Shown here piece after piece: positions 39,961 to 50,497 of a stretch of 64,000 nucleotides of DNA. The translations under genes and the position numbers were made by a program. A model generated the notes under the pieces. That model was not told where the DNA came from, ran no database searches, and was given only the letters and a program-made list of their open reading frames with translations. Source of the stretch: Nitrospinaceae bacterium (GTDB taxonomy: Bacteria > Nitrospinota > Nitrospinia > Nitrospinales > Nitrospinaceae). The DNA lies in assembly GCA_965223665.1 (NCBI GenBank), contig OZ245011.1, positions 1,952,001-2,016,000 on the forward strand, given 5' to 3'. Every line of letters begins with the position of its first letter. Position 1 is the first letter of the stretch.

Positions 39961-42900
39961 TAAAGACGACAACATATATTTTGCAAATAGGGCTGAAAGT
40001 ATTGGCCAAACAATTCAGTTTAGAAAAATGAATAAGCAGGGTATTGTGACTCTATTAAATTCCAGAAGTGAAGGCTGTGACCAGGGAAGTGAAGCTCCTT
40101 TTACGAATAACGAACCCCTCGGCAATACCTGCATAGAGAACTGGGATTTAGCAGTGGGCCCGGATGGAAATGTTTACTCTACCGCCCGGCATATACATAA
40201 AATTTTGAAGTATTCTTCTTCTCTTCCGGAATTCACGGCTGGAGAACTGGCTCTGCCCTCAGAGGACGGGACGCAGATTTTTAAATTCGATGCCACCGGT
40301 CGGCATATCGAAACCCGTAACGCTCTCACCGGTGCGACCATTTTCACGTTCAACTACGATGCGTCCGGTCGCTTAATCCAAATCACCGACGGCGATGGCG
40401 ATGTCACCGATTTCGTTCGCAACACCGAGGGCGACCTGACCAAAATCGTCGCCGAAGACGGACAGGAAACTCTGATCGAATACGATGCCAACGGCTACCT
40501 GAACAAAGTCACTCTGCCTGAAACGGCCGAAATCTACCAAATGCAGTACACCGCCGAAGGTTTAATGACCCAGTTCACCAACCCGCGCGGGTTGTCTTCG
40601 GATATCATTTACAACGCCCTCGGGCAAATGGAAAAAGAAACTGAGGCCGCTCCCGATGGCGGGTTCCTCGAAACTATCCGCACAGACGATGCCGACGGTT
40701 ACGAAGTCTCGGCTAAAACCGAACTCAACCGCGAATCCATCTTCCGTGTGGAAACCGATGTCGCCGGGAACACCGTGCGCATCAACACCGACCCCAGCGG
40801 TCTCGTCACCACCACCACGGAACTGACCGACGATAGCGTCGAAACCGTCACTCCCGATGGAACCATGGTCACCGTTACGAAAACTCCCGATGAGCGATTC
40901 GGCATGCTCGCTCCACTCACCAGTTTAAATGTAGATACACCGGGTGGGCTTTCCTCGGAAATCATTGCTGATCGCAACGTAACCCTTGATGGAAATAATA
41001 ATGTATTAACTCAAATAGATACTTTAACAATAAATAACCGTCCTCTTACAAGTACTTTTGATAAGAATCAATTAAAAGTTACAAATCTATCACCTGAGGG
41101 GAGACAAACCGAAAACGCAATAGATTCTCAAGGAAGAATAACAAAAGAAATTGTTCCGGGTTTTGAAGACAGAAATTTTACTTACGATGCATCCGGTAGG
41201 CTGGCTTCAATATCTCAAGGAACAGGAGCAGATGAACGTCTCACCACTTTTACATATAATTTGGATGGTTTTTTAGAATCAATTAATGAGCCTATGTCAC
41301 GAACATTCAGTTTCGAATATGATTCTAATGGCCGCGTCACCAAGCAAATCCTACCAGGTTCTCGAGATGTGGTCATTAACTATGACCTAAATGGTAATGT
41401 TACCTCAATCACACCGCCCGGACAATTGGCTCACTTATTTAATTATTCGTCGGTTGACTTGGAAGCTGGTTATTCCGCTCCTGCGGTTGTGGGTGGAGGA
41501 ACAAACTCAACGATGGTTACTTATAACTTTGACAAACAACCGGTTCTGATTACCCGTCCCGACAGTCAGACAATTTCTTTTAATTATGATGGCGGCGGTC
41601 GGTTACAAAACACTTTGATTCCCAGAGGCACATTCACTTACAACTATTCTCCTTTGACAGGACAGCTCGATCAAATAACAGCCCCGGACGGTGGAACTTT
41701 AGGTTTTTCCTATGATGGTCAATTGCGTTTGAGCTCGACCTGGGGAGGCCCCTCGGGTTCAGTTTCGGGAAGTGTTTCACAAATCTATAACAGTGATGGA
41801 CTTGTCACATCAAGAAGTGTGAATGGGGGAAATACAATTAGTTTTCAGTACGATCAAGATCTTTTGGTAACGCAAGCAGGAGACCTGACATTACAATACA
41901 GTTCCAACAATAACATGCTTCAAGGCACAACATTGGGTATTACAAACGATTCTCTTACATACAACTTATTTGGAGAAGTTTCTTCATATACCGCCGATAT
42001 AAATTCAAGCACTGTATTTTCAATGCAGTTCATTAGGGATAAAGTGGGTCGCATCATAAAAAAAACAGAAACTGTCAGCGGTGTCACCCATGTATATGAT
42101 TATGCTTACGATTCTGCAGATAGGCTATTGTCTGTTTCCCAGGATGGTCTTATACTAAATACATATACATACGACCTAAATGGAAATCGAAATAATGGTA
42201 TTTATGACGAACAAGATCGTTTAACAAGCATGAATGGAATTGATTATACATATACCGCCAACGGAGAGCTTTTGTCTAGAACTGAGGCAGGACAAACTAC
42301 AGATTACGACTATGATGTTTTCGGGAATTTACTTTCTGTGAATTTACCAGGAGGCACATTAATCGAATATGTTTACGATGGACAAAATAGACGGATAGGG
42401 AAAAAAGTCAGCGGTACTTTAGAAAGAGCCTGGTTATATAAAGATGGATTTAATCCTGTCGCAGAATTGGACGGCTCAGGGAATTTAGTTTCACGTTTTG
42501 TTTATGGAAACCGCAATAATATTCCGGCCTATCTGATTAAAAATGGAACTACCTACCGAATTATCAGCGACGATTTAGGAAGTCCACGATTGGTTATAGA
42601 TAAAGATACAGGAACTATAGCTCAAGAAATGCATTATGATGAATGGGGAAATGTCTTAACAGATACCAATCCGGAATTTCAGCCTTTTGGATATGCTGGC
42701 GGACTTTATGATCCGGATACCAACCTGGTTCAATTTGGTTTCCGTGACTATGACCCGGAAGTTGGTCGTTTCACCAATAAAGATCCTATCCGGTTTGCTG
42801 GCCAAGACACCAATCTCTATGGCTACGTCCTCAATGACCCCATCAATTTTACGGATCAGTTAGGGTTATATGGAACTAATTCGTGCGGTTTTTATGATGA

Positions 42901-43246
42901 TATTTGTTCTCGTTATGGAGAAGGTTATTGCAGTTTAGCAAGACCTATTTGTAAGGTGACAAATAAAATCGAAGATTTGTCTGAAGGAGGTCCTTTTGAT
43001 CCCTTTGATAAACCTAGAAATAGATTTCAATGTATGCGCCAATGCCTCCAAGAAAAAATTGAAAATCGATTATCAAGGGGTATTTGCAATGTAGACCAAG
43101 AAGACATTTCTGGCACTGGCACAGAAATTATTACTGATCATTATGATTGCCATAAAGGTTGTTTAATGAATCCCGAGAACCCATTTAATCCTGATGGGCC
43201 TGATTTGCCAGATCGGGATCCTAGATTACCACCAAGTCCGTTTTAA
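39911..43246 (+). CDS. Teneurin-like/RHS protein, C-terminal part (YD shell, RHS core, Cys-rich toxin tip)
   Basis: YD repeats; PFGYAGGLYD..RDYDPEVGRF..DPI..NLYGYVLNDPINFTDQLGL followed by a variable tip. Confidence 0.9.
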   Translation: MEGTSFSFHSISALTIDKDDNIYFANRAESIGQTIQFRKMNKQGIVTLLNSRSEGCDQGSEAPFTNNEPLGNTCIENWDLAVGPDGNVYSTARHIHKILKYSSSLPEFTAGELALPSEDGTQIFKFDATGRHIETRNALTGATIFTFNYDASGRLIQITDGDGDVTDFVRNTEGDLTKIVAEDGQETLIEYDANGYLNKVTLPETAEIYQMQYTAEGLMTQFTNPRGLSSDIIYNALGQMEKETEAAPDGGFLETIRTDDADGYEVSAKTELNRESIFRVETDVAGNTVRINTDPSGLVTTTTELTDDSVETVTPDGTMVTVTKTPDERFGMLAPLTSLNVDTPGGLSSEIIADRNVTLDGNNNVLTQIDTLTINNRPLTSTFDKNQLKVTNLSPEGRQTENAIDSQGRITKEIVPGFEDRNFTYDASGRLASISQGTGADERLTTFTYNLDGFLESINEPMSRTFSFEYDSNGRVTKQILPGSRDVVINYDLNGNVTSITPPGQLAHLFNYSSVDLEAGYSAPAVVGGGTNSTMVTYNFDKQPVLITRPDSQTISFNYDGGGRLQNTLIPRGTFTYNYSPLTGQLDQITAPDGGTLGFSYDGQLRLSSTWGGPSGSVSGSVSQIYNSDGLVTSRSVNGGNTISFQYDQDLLVTQAGDLTLQYSSNNNMLQGTTLGITNDSLTYNLFGEVSSYTADINSSTVFSMQFIRDKVGRIIKKTETVSGVTHVYDYAYDSADRLLSVSQDGLILNTYTYDLNGNRNNGIYDEQDRLTSMNGIDYTYTANGELLSRTEAGQTTDYDYDVFGNLLSVNLPGGTLIEYVYDGQNRRIGKKVSGTLERAWLYKDGFNPVAELDGSGNLVSRFVYGNRNNIPAYLIKNGTTYRIISDDLGSPRLVIDKDTGTIAQEMHYDEWGNVLTDTNPEFQPFGYAGGLYDPDTNLVQFGFRDYDPEVGRFTNKDPIRFAGQDTNLYGYVLNDPINFTDQLGLYGTNSCGFYDDICSRYGEGYCSLARPICKVTNKIEDLSEGGPFDPFDKPRNRFQCMRQCLQEKIENRLSRGICNVDQEDISGTGTEIITDHYDCHKGCLMNPENPFNPDGPDLPDRDPRLPPSPF

Positions 43247-43248
43247 AA

Positions 43249-43716
43249 ATGCTTTATATTCTTTGCAATAAAATTGTTTATTTATCTCTCCTATTAATTA
43301 ATCTATATTTTTTAGCTTTTGATATAACCAAAGGAAGCTACAAATTCAATGAATACATATTCTTTCTCTCTCCAATTTTAATTGCTCTAAACACATATCA
43401 TCTTGCTTTAGTAATAAAACGAAAATTAAAACCTTGGAATTATAAAGCAGAAATAATAATTTCTCTTTGCCGGATGATAATGATCTTTTTTGCTGGCACG
43501 CCTCTTGTTTTAGCATTTGTAATTTTAAGCCCTGTGGCAAACAGTTTTTGGTTTCCTCTTTTAGATTTATTGGATTTCCTCCTTAAAACATTTCCAAATT
43601 CCAGTTTAAGTCTATTAATTATGTATTCATTAGGATTTTTCTTTTTACTTATTGAGTTTTATAATCTTTATCTATTGCGAAGGAATCGGGATGAACTGAG
43701 AAGAAATTTAGAATAA
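43249..43716 (+). CDS. Putative membrane immunity protein
   Basis: Starts 2 nt after the RHS stop; AT-rich; about 4 TM. Confidence 0.7.
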   Translation: MLYILCNKIVYLSLLLINLYFLAFDITKGSYKFNEYIFFLSPILIALNTYHLALVIKRKLKPWNYKAEIIISLCRMIMIFFAGTPLVLAFVILSPVANSFWFPLLDLLDFLLKTFPNSSLSLLIMYSLGFFFLLIEFYNLYLLRRNRDELRRNLE

Positions 43717-43731
43717 TCACTGCGAACTTAA

Positions 43732-46359
43732 GGTAAACCCACTTCAAACCCTCTTACGCTAAGCATCTCCGCCACACGGGCGACCACGGTGGATGCGAAC
43801 GACGTCCTCACCGCGCAAACCGATACGCTGGACATCAACGGTCGCACGTTCACCAGTGCGTTCACTCGAACCACCGGCGGTACGCCGACAGAGTTTAAGT
43901 TTGTCGACACGTCTCCGGAAACTCGCACCTCGACTTCGTTCATCGACGCGCAGGGGCGCATTGTCGAACAGCAGATTCCGGGAATATTCGATACGGAATT
44001 CAATTACGATTTCCGCGGTAGACTGTCCACCGTCACTCAAGGAACAGGAACTGATGAACGCATAAGCACTATCGAATATTACGATGCAACCGAACCAACC
44101 ATGAAGGGATTCATCAAATCCATCACCGATCCGCTGAATCGCAAAGTTTCTTTTAAGTATGATGCTAATGGTCGGGTTAAAGAACAAACGCTGCCTGATA
44201 TGCGCATTATCAAGTTCGAATATGATCTCAACGGCAACGTGGAAAAAATTATCACTCCCAATCTGGACGAACATGACTTCATGTACACCTCCGTCGATCA
44301 GGAGAATCGGTACGATCCGCCAAACATCGGCTTGACCAAACATCACACGGTATTCGCCTACAACAAGGACAAGCAGCTCGACCTGATCACCCGTCCGGAC
44401 GATGCACAGATCGACCTCGAATACGATACCGGCGGACGGTTGGATAAAATAGAAATTACCAGCACGGGCTGGGACTGTACGGCTCCCTGCGAATTTGTCT
44501 ATGATTACTATCCCAACAACGCAACGACACAGGCAGGAAATCTCCAATCCATCACCACACCCGCGGGAGATAAACTAACCTTTGAATATGACGGGTCCTT
44601 GCTGAAGAAATCTATTTGGGACGGAATCGTTACCAACTCATTAGATATTGAAAAAGTTTACGATAATAACTTTCGTATAAAGTCGCGAACCGTAAACAAC
44701 GGATCGCAAAAAGTGGATTTCATGTATGATAAGGATTCATTACTTATTTCTGCTGAAGCAATCAATGAAAATCGAAAACTCACTTTAGATTACGACAGTG
44801 AAGATCCGAATAATCCCGGAACTTATTTCGAAAACGGTCTCCTGCGTGGAACCACTATGCGGGATGATACAACGGATGACGGAGTTGTAGATAGTTACGT
44901 GTACAACGAGTTCGGCGAAGTAAAAAGTTATAAGGCCGAATACCATCCCGGTGGCGGAGCCCCGGCAACGCCTCTACTCGAAATAGAATATGTCCGCGAT
45001 AAGTTGGGTCGTATTGAGGAAAAAAAGGATATCGTTTTGGGAAACACCAATTCCTCTCCACGGCTTGGGTACGAATACGATCAGGCGGGTCAGCTACACA
45101 TCATCAACGATATCAGCACAACTCCCGGAACCCCAATTGAGCTTAAAAATTATGGTTACGATGACAATGGGAATCGGGAATGGGAGGACGGTGGCCCAAC
45201 TAAAATTGGCATTTATGATAAACAGGACCGGTTAGAAGAATATAACGGGACGACCTATACCTACACTGATAATGGGGAGTTATATACAAAAACGGTTGGA
45301 TCAGATGTCACAACCTACACTTATGATGTTCTTGGAAATTTAACACAAGTAGAATTGCCCAATGGCACCATGATCGATTATATAATCGATGGCCGTAACC
45401 GACGTGTTGGCAAGAAAGTAAATAACACATTAGAAAAAGTTTGGCTTTATAAAGATGGTTTGAACCCAATAGCAGAGTTAGATGGAAATGGCGCGGTAGT
45501 GAAACGGTTTATCTATGCCAGCAAACCTAACGTGCCGGACTTCATGATTATTCCTTCAGGGGTGACCAATGCCGGAACCTACAGAATCATCTCTGACCAT
45601 TTGGGCTCGCCACGGCTTATCATCAACTTAAACGACGGATTACCAGCATCTCAGCTGTATTACGATGAATGGGGGAATATCGATACGATAAAATCGACCA
45701 ATATCGACTTCCAACCATTTGCATTTGCCGGCGGATTGTACGATACTGATACCAAGCTCCTTCGTTTCGGAGCACGGGATTATGACCCAGCCATCGGACG
45801 GTGGACCAGCAAAGATCCAATTCGGCTCAGAGAGGGTCAAAACTTTTACGTTTATAGCCGCAATAACCCTATAAACTTTGTTGATTTTAACGGATTAAAA
45901 ACTACTGTGATCATAGCATATAGTACTTTTGGACCTTTTGGAACATTCGCCGATCATGCTGGAGTTTATGTCGAAAATGGTGGAAACCCAATTTTATATG
46001 ATCCTTCAGGAAGCTATGAAGCCCTAGATCGCAAACAAAATAAACCTTATAGACCTCACGGAGAGGCTTTTTTTAAGGAGGATGAGGTTAATTTACAAGA
46101 TTATATAAATTTTCATAGCAAGGCAGAAGGAACTTCTGTAAAAACATTTACTTTCGATACCACCAAAGAGCAAGAAGAAATATTTGCAAGGAGAATAGAA
46201 AGTTTTGGAAATGCTGGTGGTTTCGGTTGCGCTAAATTTGTCAGTAATGTTTTGACGGGAATAGGCCCATTTAAGGATCTAGGCACTTTTACATTTCCAG
46301 GTTCTTTGGCTAATGAATTAGAAAGAATTAAAAAGCAAATAGAAGAAAAATCGAAATAA
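43732..46359 (+). pseudogene. Orphan RHS module (5'-truncated core + papain-like toxin tip)
   Basis: Frame opens after TAA 43729 in mid-YD shell with no signal peptide; ends NPINFVDFNGL + DHAGV..LYDPSG..GFGCA. Confidence 0.8.
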
Positions 46360-46363
46360 TCCT

Positions 46364-46816
46364 ATGTCCAATTTATATTTTAACAAAAAAATTTTTTTGC
46401 TATATATGGGGTTTTCGGGATTATCGCATTTGCTTTTGAATGTATTTTTTCCATCCTGGGGACCAGTAGCATTGAATAAAAAGAATATACTCCTTTCACA
46501 CACAGTAATATTTATAATAGTTTTCGGACTTTTTTTTATTTATTGGGTTTTTCCCATCCTTTCAAAAAGGAATTTCAAGCTTGCAGTCTTGACAGGATTA
46601 ATTGTAGGGCATTGTTCTGGAATAATCTCAGGAATTCTAAATAATTTTTATTATTCTTTACGAATAGGCTTAGAACATTTTTTACTCCTACACAAAAATT
46701 TAGAAAGAATATTAGAGGCTTTATTCTTTAATCCCTTTATTTTATTAGGATGGGCTCACGGGCTTTTGATAACAGTTTTTTTTTATTGGACTCGAAAGTA
46801 CTGGCTAAAAAATTAA
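46364..46816 (+). CDS. Putative membrane immunity protein
   Basis: Directly follows the orphan RHS; PFILLGWAHG..FYWTRKYWLK. Confidence 0.75.
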   Translation: MSNLYFNKKIFLLYMGFSGLSHLLLNVFFPSWGPVALNKKNILLSHTVIFIIVFGLFFIYWVFPILSKRNFKLAVLTGLIVGHCSGIISGILNNFYYSLRIGLEHFLLLHKNLERILEALFFNPFILLGWAHGLLITVFFYWTRKYWLKN

Positions 46817-46884
46817 TTAGTTCCAAAATAAATATACCTCTTACCAAAAATAGTTTTCAAACATTCTGCCCATTTCCCTTATGA

Positions 46885-47259
46885 GATTACTCCGCTGTTC
46901 ATGTAGATAACGGTGGCGAGGCTTTCTTATACGACCCCGGTGGAAGTTATATGACCACCGATGAATACGATGAAACGTATAGACCCTCAGGTGAATTTTT
47001 TACAAAAAACGAGGCAAATTTGCAGGACTTTTTGGAATATCTCAGAAAATCCAATTCCTCGGTGAAAACCATTACCTTCGATACTACCCCGGAGGAAGAG
47101 GCTAAAATTGCCGCTAATATAGAAGAATCAGGTAGGACTACAGGTGGATTTTGTGCATTCTCAATTAGTTCTGTTTTAAAGGGCACAGGACCCTTTAAAG
47201 ATCTGGGTACCTTTTTTTCACCTGGTTCATTGGCAGATGAGTTAGAAAAACTTGAGTGA
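46885..47259 (+). pseudogene. Orphan toxin tip, paralog of the 46359 tip
   Basis: In frame from 46885: DYSAVHVDNGGEAFLYDPGGSY..TFDTTPEEE..GGFCA..GPFKDLGTF. Confidence 0.8.
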
Positions 47260-47708
47260 TGAAAAAAAACCAAAAATTATTCAAAGATTTAACTTTATAT
47301 ATATTTATTAGCAGTATTTCCTTTTATTGCTTTAATTTTTTATTAAAGAACCCAGGGACCAAAAAATTAATTGAGCATAATTTATTTATTCCTTATTACA
47401 TTCAATTTTATATTTTTTTAGGATTATTTCTTATATTTTGGCTCTCAAGAAAATTATCTAAAAAGAATTTTATCATTTTTATTTTATTAGGATGCTTAGG
47501 AGCATATTTTTCATCCATAATTTCTTATTTAATTACCACTGGAGTCTTTTACAGAAATGGTGTAGAGAGTTTGCTGAATACGTTTGATAATTTTAATGCA
47601 ATTTTGGCATTATTTTCATTTATACCATTTTTCCTATTAGGCTGGCTCCACGGTATTTTTATTACAGGTCTTTTTTATTGGACAAAGAAATTTTGGCTTA
47701 AACCATAA
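47256..47708 (+). CDS. Putative immunity protein, paralog of 46364
   Basis: PFFLLGWLHG..FYWTKKFWLK; overlaps the toxin-tip stop. Confidence 0.8.
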   Translation: MMKKNQKLFKDLTLYIFISSISFYCFNFLLKNPGTKKLIEHNLFIPYYIQFYIFLGLFLIFWLSRKLSKKNFIIFILLGCLGAYFSSIISYLITTGVFYRNGVESLLNTFDNFNAILALFSFIPFFLLGWLHGIFITGLFYWTKKFWLKP

Positions 47709-47749
47709 AAATCTCATATACCTCACCCAATTTCTAAATTGACCTTTAA

Positions 47750-48052
47750 GGTCTACCAGCGCTTTCTGGGCCGTGTGGGAATGGACAACTGCCGCCAGGT
47801 GATTACACTTTAACAGGCTTGCCTTTTACTGTACCGCCAAGCCACAAAAATCTAGCTTCCTATTGTGATGCTTTAGGCAATTGCTGGTTCCAACGGATAA
47901 CGCCAGACTTTTCAACTAATAGAACAGGGTTAGGCATTCACCCCGGTGGAAATGTCCCTGGCACAGTGGGGTGTATTGGTTCCACTGATAATGACACAAG
48001 CAGTTTACGCAATGCCCTTACAAAAGATCGAGGCCCTTTGAAAGTGAGGTGA
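47750..48052 (+). pseudogene. Orphan toxin tip, Tlde1/L,D-transpeptidase-like
   Basis: In frame from 47750: SGPCGNGQLPPGDY..RTGLGIHPGGNVPGTVGCIG. Confidence 0.65.
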
Positions 48053-48058
48053 ATAAAC

Positions 48059-48589
48059 ATGTTACAGTTCTTTCAAGCTACTTTATGGTTAACAATTTTT
48101 CTTCTGGGTGCTTGTGTTGAATCTCAGAAGAAATTACACCTAAATGAAAAACTTAATCCAGATGTGACAGGTTTTATACAATTGTTGGTAAATCCAGAAA
48201 AACCGACTTTGGCCGAGGCTGCAAAATTTGGTGGCGAATGCGGAGGTGAATCCGAGTTGGAATTTATTTTTGAAGAGTGTCGATCCAAGGGATGGTATAT
48301 TCACTCTCAGTCTTGCGTCAATTTTTCTCGGCAACAGTGCAAGAGGGCTGACCAAGTAATTTCTCTTGAACTTAATTGGCTGAGGGAGCGATTTTCTACG
48401 GTCGGGAAAAGTTATCGTCTAATCAGCATTCACTCGGAGACCGAGGGGTTTAAGCATGATTTGGTCGAAGTGGAAATAGGTATAAATAAATTTTTGCTGT
48501 TCCACAACACTGCTCAAGGCACACCAACAGGTTTACTTGTTGGCGTAACCAAAGTGAATGGTAAAAATTTAAGGGATTTCAGAGAGTAA
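48059..48589 (+). CDS. Putative lipoprotein immunity protein
   Basis: GAGG RBS; lipobox LGAC; follows the Tlde1-like tip. Confidence 0.7.
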   Translation: MLQFFQATLWLTIFLLGACVESQKKLHLNEKLNPDVTGFIQLLVNPEKPTLAEAAKFGGECGGESELEFIFEECRSKGWYIHSQSCVNFSRQQCKRADQVISLELNWLRERFSTVGKSYRLISIHSETEGFKHDLVEVEIGINKFLLFHNTAQGTPTGLLVGVTKVNGKNLRDFRE

Positions 48590-48704
48590 AAATCCAAAGT
48601 AGGTACAATTTGGGAGCCTTCAACCAACAAAGCAAAGTGATCTTATTTTTAAAGTAATAATATGTGTTCCACCGGTTCATTGCCAGTGGAACAAGTACTT
48701 CACG

Positions 48705-48953
48705 ATGACTAGAATAACTGGAATTTTGGCCTACATTTTTTTATTAATTGGCTCCTTTTTTTGGAATGCTAGCGGACCTAGTTATATAAACTTAATGTGG
48801 GCTTCTATTATTTTTGAAATTATTGCAATAATATTTTTTATTATTTGTTTAAAACAATGTCGTGGCTTTTACAAGAAATTAATTATTTTGGGAATAATCT
48901 TAGCAATGATCCAGTTATTCTTTTCTACCGCACTATTAATAGAACTTTTATAG
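48705..48953 (+). CDS. Small membrane protein, probable orphan immunity
   Basis: 3 TM; start overlaps a short upstream remnant ending ..EQVLHDD* at 48712. Confidence 0.6.
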   Translation: MTRITGILAYIFLLIGSFFWNASGPSYINLMWASIIFEIIAIIFFIICLKQCRGFYKKLIILGIILAMIQLFFSTALLIELL

Positions 48954-49095
48954 GTGATAAACTTCTTTATTATTTGACCCAAAATTTTCAATAAATTATT
49001 TTTTTAAATTTACTGATCGCCTTTCCTTAACATCCCGCCTAAAGAATATTTTCTAAAATTTTCTTTACAAATCAATTTTTTGTTATGAAATCCCC

Positions 49096-49276
49096 ACTAA
49101 TTCTATTGCATTTGATTATGATGATGACGGGTTATTGGAGCTTGCCGGTGGGAAACGTTGGTAAAGAATTCATCCAATGGTTTATTGGATAGCACCACTC
49201 TCGGTGTGGTTAACGATTCATATCTTTACAACGATTTTGGCGAAAAAGAAGATTACGATGCGAGGATCAATACCCC
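49096..49276 (+). pseudogene. Degraded RHS core fragment
   Basis: NSIAFDYDDDGLLELAG / SNGLLDSTTLGVVNDSYLYNDFGE aligns with NTISFQYDQDLLVTQAG / NNMLQGTTLGITNDSLTYNLFGE of the main RHS; frameshifted. Confidence 0.75.
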
Positions 49277-49279
49277 GCT

Positions 49280-49729
49280 TTATTTGGCATTACATTTTGC
49301 GCAGACTCCAAAAAACTCTAACGAGTGCGTGATATCTGAATAACCCATATCGCGAATCATTTGTTCAATTTCAGAGATAAAACAATATTTCACTTTATCT
49401 ATGCTTTTGCACATGCGGCAAATTATGTGGTGGTGATGACTTTCCCTGTCTTTGAATTCATACCGGAGGACTTCGTTACCTAAATAGTGTCTTTCCACAA
49501 GTTTGGAATTTTCGAATTGAACAATGCACCGGTAGACGGTGGCCAAATCGCAAGCGTTATTTCCCAATCCATTATGAATCTCTTCCACTGAAAACGGTCC
49601 GTGATTCTTAAGCAAAAAGCCCAATATATTTTTCCTGGGCTCGGTTACGCTTAAGTTATTTTCCTTAATCAGCTTTTCAGCTTTTTGGATTATTTTTTTA
49701 GAAACGGCTGCCTTCATCATTCCCTTCAT
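49280..49729 (-). CDS. zur: Fur-family regulator, probably Zur
   Basis: TEPR, SVEEI, LATVYR, HHHHIICRMC, FFGVCAKC; zinc-starvation gene context. Confidence 0.75.
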   Translation of the reverse strand: MKGMMKAAVSKKIIQKAEKLIKENNLSVTEPRKNILGFLLKNHGPFSVEEIHNGLGNNACDLATVYRCIVQFENSKLVERHYLGNEVLRYEFKDRESHHHHIICRMCKSIDKVKYCFISEIEQMIRDMGYSDITHSLEFFGVCAKCNAK

Positions 49730-49783
49730 CCCGGCGATTCAAAGTATTTCAAAAACAAGGACATAAGAATTCCCATGCAATTT

Positions 49784-49864
49784 TTGCAAAATATTTGCAA
49801 AATATTTGCAAATTAATTCAAACAATACTATTATAGACCTTAGAATTTCGCAAGCTATTCGCAA
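49784..49864. promoter_or_regulatory. Candidate Zur boxes
   Basis: TTGCAAAATATTTGCAAAATATTTGCAA (two overlapping TTGCAA-N5-TTGCAA) and TCGCAAGCTATTCGCAA at 49848. Confidence 0.65.
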
Positions 49865-50072
49865 AAATTTTTGGCTATTTATTTTTGAAAAAAGTGAAAA
49901 GTCAAAAAGCTGGAATAAGGGATAACAAGACGACTGAGGGTTGCGCATCACAGTCTCCCCAGGCTTCAGGTCCCAATCCAAACACAACACCTGGGCTCAG
50001 TCTCGAGCCAGGTCTTTTTCCACAGGGAAGGATTTCCTCCACCCGCGGCTAAAAAAACAGGAAACGTATTTC

Positions 50073-50495
50073 ATGAAAACTGCACAAGCGTTAACCGACA
50101 AATTGTCCATAGGCTTATCCGTGATGTGTGTCATCCATTGTCTGGGGCTAACATTCCTGTTGGCATTGCTGCCCAGCATGGCGGCATTGCAACTGGATAA
50201 CGAGGCTTTTCATCTCTGGATGCTTGTGGTGGTGCTCCCCACCAGTTTTTATGCCTTAACCCTGGGATGCAAAGAACACAAACGCTACCGTTTGCTCCTT
50301 TTGGGTTCCATCGGATTAGCACTACTTGTTTTGGCATTAGTTTTGGGTGAAGAACGTATTGGCGAGGCAGGCGAAAAATTACTTACGGTTTTAGGAGCCT
50401 GTTTCGTTGCGGTGGGGCACTGGTTTAATTTTCGTCTGTGTCAGGAGCAAAAAAATAGAGACTGCGCCTGCCCAACCGAAAAGCACGCGACCTAA
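50073..50495 (+). CDS. MerC-domain membrane protein
   Basis: DKLSIGLSVMCVIHC, LGCKEH, GHWFNFRLC; start ATG 50073. Confidence 0.85.
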   Translation: MKTAQALTDKLSIGLSVMCVIHCLGLTFLLALLPSMAALQLDNEAFHLWMLVVVLPTSFYALTLGCKEHKRYRLLLLGSIGLALLVLALVLGEERIGEAGEKLLTVLGACFVAVGHWFNFRLCQEQKNRDCACPTEKHAT

Positions 50496-50497
50496 AA

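Noticed and set aside
43759-44547. 262-aa minus-strand ORF (and similar ones at 38029 and 3095)
   Set aside because: Antisense to well-supported genes
49930-50020. ZTP or NiCo riboswitch
   Set aside because: Shares short words (GACTGA, CCTGGGC) but lacks the other conserved elements as far as I can see
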